64,000 bases of DNA, from positions 5,024,001-5,088,000 of the forward strand of contig OZ244561.1 in NCBI GenBank assembly GCA_965217585.1, in the 5' to 3' direction. The position numbers and the translations under genes were made by a program. Below the pieces are notes generated by a model, which saw only the letters and a list, made by a program, of their open reading frames with translations, did no database searches and was not told the DNA's origin. This document shows positions 57,093 through 64,000 of the stretch, piece after piece. Within the stretch, counting starts at the first letter, position 1, and each line of letters starts with the position of its first letter. The stretch is from Candidatus Latescibacterota bacterium (GTDB taxonomy: Bacteria > Latescibacterota > UBA2968 > UBA8231).

Positions 57093-57962
57093 ATGAGTGA
57101 AAAGACAATAAATAGGGATGAGTATTTCGGTGCGATGGTTCCGGTGGAGTCGTCAGGACGCAGGGTTGGCATGTTATTTGGCGCATCCCATTTCATAGTC
57201 GAGGACGAGGATATAACTATTACCGAGAGCAAGGGGATACAAGACCAGCTAGAGCGTATCGAAGAGTGGAATAGTATGTCCGGTGTAGTATTCAAGGAAG
57301 TGCTCATTGATGAGGCCAGCCGCGTCCGGACGGACTACGTCCAACAAGAGAGGATCCAATATGAGAGGATCCAATATGAGAGAGAGCTAATATCTCATAT
57401 ACAAAAACATGATATACAAAAACATGATATACAAAAACATGTCTCGTGGTACAAGCACAGATTAGGTATAGCTAGCTATGGGGGTTTATTTTTTTCTGTA
57501 GAAATTAACCAGAATTGGCGCTCGAAAGTGTCCTCGGCTGATAATCCCGAGGAGATCATTGAGCTATTTAGACAATCCGATAATCCTAAGTTTAATAGGA
57601 TAGCCGATCGGCTAAGAGAACTTCAAGATTTTTACGAAGAAGATCCTGAAGGGGGGGATCCTTTAACGATTGAGGCGTTGAGGACCTTAGCTTTTTTTGT
57701 TGGGAACAATATAGACCTGCCCTATTCACACATCTCCGTTTATTCAGATGGGAGGGTTTATCTGGAATGGAGACTGCATCCTCAAGGCCGATTGGCTATG
57801 GAGCTGTCATCAGATAAGGATTTGATCAATTTTGCTGCTATCTCTGCTACGGCCGAAGAGGGCATAGAAAGAAAAGAAGTATCCGGTGCTTTGCCAGAAA
57901 AAGAGGCAATTGAGGCTGTTCGGTGGTTCATTAATCGTATTGCAGACAATGCCCCCAAATAA
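57093..57962 (+). CDS. Hypothetical protein, island gene 2
   Basis: Acidic N-terminus, internal 5-aa repeats, C-terminal P....YSDGRVYLEWR.....LAMEL domain. Confidence 0.65.
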   Translation: MSEKTINRDEYFGAMVPVESSGRRVGMLFGASHFIVEDEDITITESKGIQDQLERIEEWNSMSGVVFKEVLIDEASRVRTDYVQQERIQYERIQYERELISHIQKHDIQKHDIQKHVSWYKHRLGIASYGGLFFSVEINQNWRSKVSSADNPEEIIELFRQSDNPKFNRIADRLRELQDFYEEDPEGGDPLTIEALRTLAFFVGNNIDLPYSHISVYSDGRVYLEWRLHPQGRLAMELSSDKDLINFAAISATAEEGIERKEVSGALPEKEAIEAVRWFINRIADNAPK

Positions 57963-58371
57963 TCCTCTCCTTGATTGTCATCATTTCGCACGATATTGTA
58001 GACCTGATACTGTGGAGAATGGACTTCCCACAGGAAGATCTTTTGAGATCAGACCAGAAAAGGAAAAAGGTATCTCTGTAAATTGGCTTGAGTATTTTCG
58101 CCAAGAGGATGCATGTAAAAATCTTGAAAAGGTCAGGGAAGTTTTTAAGAGAAAAAAATTTAAACTAAGTAAGAAAGGACGATTTACAGTTCTGAGTGTT
58201 GGTTATTGTAAGAGAAAAATAAAATTAGCCCATAAGATCGACATATCTATAAAACACACGCCTAATAAGAAAGACCCGTCACATTCTACAATTTTTTCAG
58301 AAGATCTTGCTATCTACATAGAAATTGCCGAGTTGGTCACGTCCGCGGATGTATATCCTGCTCTAAAGTAG
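57949..58371 (+). CDS. Hypothetical basic protein, possibly ADP-ribosyltransferase-like, island gene 3
   Basis: ARYC...F.IRP....GISVNW...SH..I pattern; ATG 57949 overlaps gene 2. Confidence 0.55.
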   Translation: MPPNNPLLDCHHFARYCRPDTVENGLPTGRSFEIRPEKEKGISVNWLEYFRQEDACKNLEKVREVFKRKKFKLSKKGRFTVLSVGYCKRKIKLAHKIDISIKHTPNKKDPSHSTIFSEDLAIYIEIAELVTSADVYPALK

Positions 58372-58376
58372 CCCTC

Positions 58377-59647
58377 CAGGGCAATCGCATTATAACTGTC
58401 CATGTGCCAATAGGTTCGCCAAATATTTGTGGTCCCACCCGGCCTTGAGCCGTTTGGTTTGCATGCCGGCTTTGGTCGTTTTGTCTTGCTGGAGTAGATT
58501 GAGCGCGATGTGGCGTATAACGGCCATATTTTCGGGGCCATGCCCCCGGCGTATGCGGGACTGATCCCCGCGTACGCGGGGACGACATCGAGGATCCAGT
58601 GTAATGAATTCTCAATGGCCCAATGCCCGCGCACCGCTTGGCCCAATCGTTGCGCGTTGTTGTCCAGCGTGGAGATATAGTAGCGTCGTTCGACCGAAGC
58701 GCTATCGCCGCGGTGCCGGGTGGCCTCGACCATACCGAACAGGCGTAAGCCCGGCCAGTGAGCATGATCAGCAAAAGCCTCGATCTGGTTGGTGGTCCAG
58801 TACTGCCGCGTTTCTCGACGCCCGTGGTTTTCGTCCTGAGTAAACCAATAATCTACGGCGGGATCGGCGTGGAGTTTGGAGTCGGAACGGTCAAAGAGTT
58901 GTTGAAGATGGGCGTGGAGTTGGGGTTGATTGGCCTTGACGGCCAGCACGTAGTCGGCCTCTTGTTCGACGACCTGTTCGGCCGTGCTTTTATGACACCC
59001 CAAGGCATCGGTGGTGACCAGGCAGCCTTTGAGGTCTAAAACACGTAATAATTCGGGGATGAGCGCAATTTCTTCGAGGGCTTCTTCACCATGAAACTGC
59101 CCCAAGACCAGCCGATTTTTTACCGCCCAAGCATGCACCATGTGGATGGCGGCTTGGCCCGAGTCCGTATCGTAGGAGCGGCGCAGCGTCTTGCCATCCA
59201 GCGGCACGATCTCGCCCTCGTCGGCCAACAGGGGCGTCAGCGATTGCACCCAAGCGGTAAAACAGTCTTGGAAATGCCAAGGCGAAATACGGGCCAACAC
59301 ACGACCGAAGGTATCATGCGAGGGGATGCCGTTCGGCACGGCTAGAAAGGTCTTAAGCCAGTCGGCTTTAGCCCGGCCAAATTCGGCGATCGCCACCCAG
59401 TTGTCGGCCCCACAAATGGAGCCGCACACCGCAATCATGAGAATATCAATCAAGCGATGCGCCCGACAACGCTCCATACGCGGGTCGGGGATATCGGCCA
59501 AATAATCCAGCAACCCCGAAGACGATGAGGACATGAAGAAACACTCCAGGCAAGAGGGAAATGGGAGGACATGAACCTAAGCTCCATAGAACGGCCAAAA
59601 GGAACATAACCGCATGGTAAAAATCAACTTATAATGCGATTGCCCTG
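58377..59647 (-). mobile_element. ISAs1-family element, 1271 bp
   Basis: Perfect 19-bp TIR CAGGGCAATCGCATTATAA; 10-bp TSD AGTAGCCCTC at 58367-58376 and 59648-59657. Confidence 0.95.
58390..59534 (-). pseudogene. ISAs1 transposase frameshifted near its 3' end
   Basis: IPDPR, PSHDTF, DGKTLR, DALGC, VKANQ, HGRRETR, RGHWAIENSLHW.LDV; the native tail DQSRIR..GPEN.A.IRHIALNLL lies in another frame ending at TAA 58390. Confidence 0.85.
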
Positions 59648-59677
59648 AGTAGCCCTCCTCTGGTATCTACTAACACT

Positions 59678-59713
59678 AAGCCCTCCTTGGCAAACCTGTG
59701 CCAAGGAGGGCTT
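59678..59713. terminator. Strong hairpin between convergent genes
   Basis: AAGCCCTCCTTGGCA-aacctg-TGCCAAGGAGGGCTT, a 15-bp perfect stem; no clear U-tract. Confidence 0.55.
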
Positions 59714-59740
59714 CATACTTCAAACTGACGCGCTACCGTC

Positions 59741-60565
59741 TTATTGACTACAATCCAAGGTCAGGGCAATCAGGGCAGCCTGTTCGGCTGTTTCTGAGAC
59801 TGCCTCCAAGCCCGAATAAAGATTGCTCGTGTAGTAGCTTGTATTCAATGCGGTCCGAAACACATTATAGCGAGCCGCCTGATCTAAGCGGCCAGCTAGC
59901 CCGTACGCGAAGCCGAAAAATTGCGAGGACGGCATTGGGGTACATATTTCGAGATACGCATCAGAAAAGGCCAAGATAGCGCCCCGGTATCCAACGGAAG
60001 CGTCTGGTGCATCCAAAGACAAAATGGCGTCGTTGTAGAAAGCGCAGTTAGCCTTATGCGCGGCAGCGGCGGCTTGCTTGGTTATTTCTTTCCCCGCCGC
60101 GTTAAATCGATCCCAAGCTGGGTAATACTCGTTGCCCCAGATGGCTATTTCCGCTGCGGTTAGACGGTGCATAACACCGGCAGCGTTAAAAAGGTATTTA
60201 CCGACTGCAAAAGCGCCGCTCAACGCGATTTCGTCAATGGGAGTGCCTACTGCGTAGAAAGCCTGTTTGGCATCCATATATTGATCGAAAGCCGCCGCCG
60301 CCTCGGGGCCGAAGATGGTGCGCAAAGAGGCAAAGAGCGAGTCATAGGCAGCATAGGCGACCGAATCGACGACGGCCATGGCAATGGAATCGGCAAGGGT
60401 ATCGGCAACGACTCCGGCTTCCTTGAGATTTTGATAGGCACTTGATGCTTCACGGGCGGCCAAGGCGGCGATTCCCTCGGTGGTACAGTCGGCCGCATTG
60501 CCCTGCGTGGTGTTCGCGCGGTTAGCACACGCAACAAAAGCGATGAGAAGAACAAAGCGACTCAT
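59741..60565 (-). CDS. Hypothetical Ala-rich exported protein or lipoprotein
   Basis: MSRFVLLIAFVAC signal or lipobox-like start; helical, Ala-rich body. Confidence 0.6.
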   Translation of the reverse strand: MSRFVLLIAFVACANRANTTQGNAADCTTEGIAALAAREASSAYQNLKEAGVVADTLADSIAMAVVDSVAYAAYDSLFASLRTIFGPEAAAAFDQYMDAKQAFYAVGTPIDEIALSGAFAVGKYLFNAAGVMHRLTAAEIAIWGNEYYPAWDRFNAAGKEITKQAAAAAHKANCAFYNDAILSLDAPDASVGYRGAILAFSDAYLEICTPMPSSQFFGFAYGLAGRLDQAARYNVFRTALNTSYYTSNLYSGLEAVSETAEQAALIALTLDCSQ

Positions 60566-60580
60566 CTAACAAACCCCTCA

Positions 60581-62722
60581 CTACCAGGCGAACAGGAAGT
60601 TGCCGGTGTGCTCCGTGAAGTAGTCGATGACGAGCCAGAGGCCGAGGGTCAGCATCTGACCGGCGATCATCCCGAGGAAAAACCCCTGAGTACGGTGGTA
60701 GAAGTTGACGCCTCCGTAGCGGAGGATGATGACCTTGATGAGCCAGGCGACGAACACGCTGGTAATGATGTGGGGCATCAGGTCCACGGCCGCGACCGGG
60801 AAGCCGATCGGGTGGAGGGGCCACCAGGGCAGGCGGTGGCGAGCCCAGTACAGCAGGGCCATGATGCCGCCGCCGCCGAACAGGAAGCCGATGCCCGGCC
60901 AGTAGATGCCGGCAGGTTTTAGGTTGCGCACAGCGTTGTCGTAGGCGACCGCCGGTCCCGCCTTGAAGAACCAATAATCGAGGTTGACGCCGCCGTAGCG
61001 GTAGGCGACGTGGAAGATCATCCAGAACGAGCCCAGCGTCCCGATCAGCAGGGCGAGGATGAGAGCTAGGAAGACCAGCCGCCGGCTGCGCGCATCCATA
61101 TCCTCGATCAGCTTGAGGGCGTTCGTGCAGGTCGCCATGGCGAACGACCGGACCTCGCCGGCCCAGATGTAGGCCATGGACATGTTGAACACGCCGGTGG
61201 GACCGACGATAGATGAACCGAGACCCATGACGACGAAGTCGGGGGCGTTGACGGGCGTCCGCAGCGTCGCCAGCCCGGCTTCGGCGATGATCCGGGTGAT
61301 GCCGATAAAGATCATCATGGCCAGGACGATGAAGAAGAGGGAGACCCCCAGCGGTGTGCCCATGATCCACAGCCACAGGGTCATGACCGCGATCCCCCCG
61401 AGGGTGCCGATCACGGCGCCGCGGTAGGAGAGGATCTCGTCCCGGTCGTCGACCAGGGGCGCCCGGCCCAGGGCCTTGAGCCAGACCGCCTTCAGATGCT
61501 CGCGGGCCGTCCACAGCACCCCCGCGACCAGCACCAGCAGGGCGCCCAGCCCCTCGTAGCCGACCAGGGGTGCGTCGGGGACGCCGTGGAAGTGCACCTG
61601 CTCCGATTTGACCCCGGCGATCGCCAGCGCGCTCTTCTGGATCCTGCCGAGCAGGTAGAACACCCACACGCTGCCCGATATCCTCGTGTCGATGAGGTAG
61701 GTGAAGCCGGTCAGGGCGAAGTTGACCTTGCCGCCCAGGTACGGTATCGGCAGGTGCATGGACATCATGGGAATGGAGACGTTGTAGCTCCACATCGCCC
61801 TCAGGCTGCCGGCGATGAACGGGATGGCCATGCCGATCCACACCGACCGACGCTTGAAGAAACCGTTCACCAGACCCTTCTCGTCCTCGCCGCGGATCAT
61901 GGCCAGACCGACTTGAGCGATTGGATAGCTCAGCCGCTCCCGCTCCATCCACTGGCGCCGCAGGATCACGGCGATCGAGATCATGCAGACGTACAGCGCC
62001 AGCAGGAAGACGGCCCACCACATCAACGGCTCGACCCAGGTGCCGTAGGGGATGCTCTGGCCGGGCTCGGAAATGCCCTCGTAAAACAGGGTGTTCCCGG
62101 CCCCGTCGTCGACTAGGATGTCGTGCTCGGGAAAGTGGGGGAAGAGCTTCTCCCGCCATTGATTCTCCGGCGAAGCGTAGTAGAAGATGGCGGTGAGAGA
62201 GGGCAGGATCACCTCGGTCAGGCCCATCGTGCACACGGCCGAGACCATCGCCAGCATGGCGTACACCATGATCAGTTCGGCACGGTTGAGGGCCAGGCTG
62301 CGGCCGGACCAGACCAGCGGCACGTTGCCGAGGGCGCAGATCAGCGCGAAGGTGGAGAAGATCAGCCCGGGCGAATGCGCATCGACATCGCTCAAGGGCC
62401 AGTAGGCGTAGAGCCAGGCAGCCCCCACCGCCAGGGCGAAAGCGAGGGCTGTGCCCCTGCTGCGTGCGGCCAGCTTGAAGGCGAGGTTGAGGAATCCGAT
62501 CAGCACGACGAAGACGAAAATGGCCCCCGGGGTGCTGATGTCGGCGGACACGTAGGCACCCTTGATGACCATGTTGCTGTAGGGGGCGCTGATGGCGAGG
62601 AAGAAGCTCAGGCAGCCCCCCACGAAGAACCCCCGCCACGTCAGGCGGTGGCGCGATTCGAGGAGGGGCTCGGAGCGCGACCGCAGGTACTGGCGGTAGA
62701 TCGGGGCGATTTCCTTTTTCAC
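60581..62722 (-). CDS. DUF6785/DUF6784-type polytopic membrane protein (OPT-like putative transporter)
   Basis: About 16-18 TM segments, RRQW..ERL.YPI, RIIAEAG, WPLHPIG, FFLGMI.G; GTG 62722 start inferred. Confidence 0.75.
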   Translation of the reverse strand: MKKEIAPIYRQYLRSRSEPLLESRHRLTWRGFFVGGCLSFFLAISAPYSNMVIKGAYVSADISTPGAIFVFVVLIGFLNLAFKLAARSRGTALAFALAVGAAWLYAYWPLSDVDAHSPGLIFSTFALICALGNVPLVWSGRSLALNRAELIMVYAMLAMVSAVCTMGLTEVILPSLTAIFYYASPENQWREKLFPHFPEHDILVDDGAGNTLFYEGISEPGQSIPYGTWVEPLMWWAVFLLALYVCMISIAVILRRQWMERERLSYPIAQVGLAMIRGEDEKGLVNGFFKRRSVWIGMAIPFIAGSLRAMWSYNVSIPMMSMHLPIPYLGGKVNFALTGFTYLIDTRISGSVWVFYLLGRIQKSALAIAGVKSEQVHFHGVPDAPLVGYEGLGALLVLVAGVLWTAREHLKAVWLKALGRAPLVDDRDEILSYRGAVIGTLGGIAVMTLWLWIMGTPLGVSLFFIVLAMMIFIGITRIIAEAGLATLRTPVNAPDFVVMGLGSSIVGPTGVFNMSMAYIWAGEVRSFAMATCTNALKLIEDMDARSRRLVFLALILALLIGTLGSFWMIFHVAYRYGGVNLDYWFFKAGPAVAYDNAVRNLKPAGIYWPGIGFLFGGGGIMALLYWARHRLPWWPLHPIGFPVAAVDLMPHIITSVFVAWLIKVIILRYGGVNFYHRTQGFFLGMIAGQMLTLGLWLVIDYFTEHTGNFLFAW

Positions 62723-62842
62723 GGGCGGCGCGTCAGTGGGTGAGGGCGGAGACCGGCCTCCCGCCAGGGTTGCCCCGCCCGAACGGACCCGAGGTTGGAG
62801 CGATGATGGCGGCGCTCTCACGATCCGCCTCGGTCGATCGCA

Positions 62843-64000
62843 TCACTGTTCCTCTTGTACCAGGGTTCTCAGGTTCTCTTCGTGGATCTTGACCTGGGGC
62901 TCGTACTGGCGCCGCAGTTCGCCCAGGAATTGGAAGAAGGCCGCATCGCGCTTCTGGCGCAGGACTATGGCCCAGGCTCGAGTCGCGACCTCGGCGAAGG
63001 GCTGGGGGCTGCCTCCGAGGATTGACTCGACGACCCTGAACACGGAATAGTAGCGGTCTGCTGACGCCGCACCACCGAGAGTCGCGACCTGGCGGGCCGG
63101 CACCTCCACTTCGATGGGGCCCAGCAGGTCGCCCGGCGCGGCTTCCTGTGCGGCTTCAAACAGGGCTTGGTGCGCTTCTCTCTGGTACCAATGGAGGTGG
63201 AATCTCCCGCTGTCTGGCATGGCCATGCGCCGCAGGGTGTGCTGCTGTGCCAGGACCCGCAGATCCTCACCGCGCTCAATCCGGTCCCGGAGCGCGACCG
63301 CTTCTTCGCGTGTCGCGACCAGGATTTCGTCCAGAGTCAGGGCCTCCTTTGGGATGAAATACCGCGGATTCTGGGCATAGAAGCGCCGCGCCTCGGCGTC
63401 GTTCACTTGGACGGCGCCCGTCACCTTCTTCCTGATGACCGCCAGCAGGCGTTCCTCTTCCCTGGCTTGGCGCCAGGCGACCATCTCCCGCTCGCGGTCG
63501 ATTCCGGCCTTGTGAGCGGCCTGCATGGCCAGCGCCCGGGGGACCAGCACGGACTCGGCAAACCGCCGCACCTGCTCTTGCACATCTCCCGAGAACTCCC
63601 GGTAGTTCTCCCGGGCCGCGTCGACGAACTCTCCCACCGTAACGGTGCCGCCGTCGAACTCGTAGAGTACCGTGCCGCGCTCCACCTCGGAGAACGTGTG
63701 TCCCTCGCTCTCCAGACGCGCGGCGAGAAACTCGATACCGTCTTCTCGGGGACGCAGGTCCAGAACTTCCAGCAGTTCCCGGCCAAGCTCCATGGATCGG
63801 AAGCCGGCCTTCTCCCGGTGGAGCTCGGCCTCCACCACACTCCGCACCCGTTCGAGGGGAACAGGAACCTCGACCACGACCTGGAACACGCCGTAGGTGC
63901 CGCCCGGCAGGGGTATGGGTTCGGTGATCTGACCCTTCTTGAGGGGAAAGACCTTTTCCTGCATGACGGGCAGGGGCATCTGGTCCTTGGTGGCGTACCC
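62843..64000 (-). CDS. Parvulin/PpiC-type peptidyl-prolyl isomerase (SurA/PrsA-like), 5' end outside the window
   Basis: F.LKKGQITEPI.....YGVFQV, EILV....EA..L...IE.GED...LA..H, GD..GPI. Confidence 0.7.
   Translation of the reverse strand, partial: GYATKDQMPLPVMQEKVFPLKKGQITEPIPLPGGTYGVFQVVVEVPVPLERVRSVVEAELHREKAGFRSMELGRELLEVLDLRPREDGIEFLAARLESEGHTFSEVERGTVLYEFDGGTVTVGEFVDAARENYREFSGDVQEQVRRFAESVLVPRALAMQAAHKAGIDREREMVAWRQAREEERLLAVIRKKVTGAVQVNDAEARRFYAQNPRYFIPKEALTLDEILVATREEAVALRDRIERGEDLRVLAQQHTLRRMAMPDSGRFHLHWYQREAHQALFEAAQEAAPGDLLGPIEVEVPARQVATLGGAASADRYYSVFRVVESILGGSPQPFAEVATRAWAIVLRQKRDAAFFQFLGELRRQYEPQVKIHEENLRTLVQEEQ

Noticed and set aside
58540-58590. A CRISPR array inside ISAs1
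   Set aside because: There is only one repeat-like unit; the neighbouring CCCGCATACGCCGGG is native transposase sequence (SRIRRG); no cas genes are present.
60522-62639. 705-aa alternative-frame ORF
   Set aside because: An Arg/Pro/Gly-rich shadow frame of the high-GC membrane-protein gene.
56154-64000. Intact integrative element or prophage at tRNA-Thr
   Set aside because: No integrase and no duplicated tRNA 3' end seen within the window; only a weak hairpin near 56190-56220.

Overview
A 64-kb, roughly 60% GC bacterial window. Its gene families (ankyrin, WD40+FlgD-Ig, DUF6785-type transporter, many TA modules) suggest a Latescibacterota/Gemmatimonadota/Poribacteria-like, possibly sponge-associated lineage; this is inference only. 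Layout: (1) 1-10 kb: a DUF4956 gene plus a kinase-like/Omp85 fusion, then an eroded tandem duplication of arsC and an M24 peptidase carrying hicAB, and an IS701 remnant. (2) 10-21 kb: a defence-type island with type III R-M, a pentapeptide protein, two ABC-ATPase/TOPRIM-like pairs and TA debris. (3) 21-34.6 kb: housekeeping genes (purH-like, dapA, dapB, glmU-like, ppk1, sugar oxidoreductases). (4) 36.5-52 kb, the main candidate novel system: a co-oriented 11-gene phospho-signalling cluster. Four Ser/Thr kinases with near-identical catalytic domains and swapped C-termini flank an active and a pseudo trypsin-TM-FHA receptor, a MotA/TolQ channel, a MotB-like TM-coiled-coil-vWA partner, two FHA proteins and a PP2C. 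(5) tRNA-Thr(TGT) followed by an AT-rich three-gene cassette and an ISAs1 whose transposase is frameshifted by a CRISPR I-E-repeat-like palindrome. (6) A compositionally distinct terminal segment. All domain calls come from motif recognition by eye; no database searches were run.
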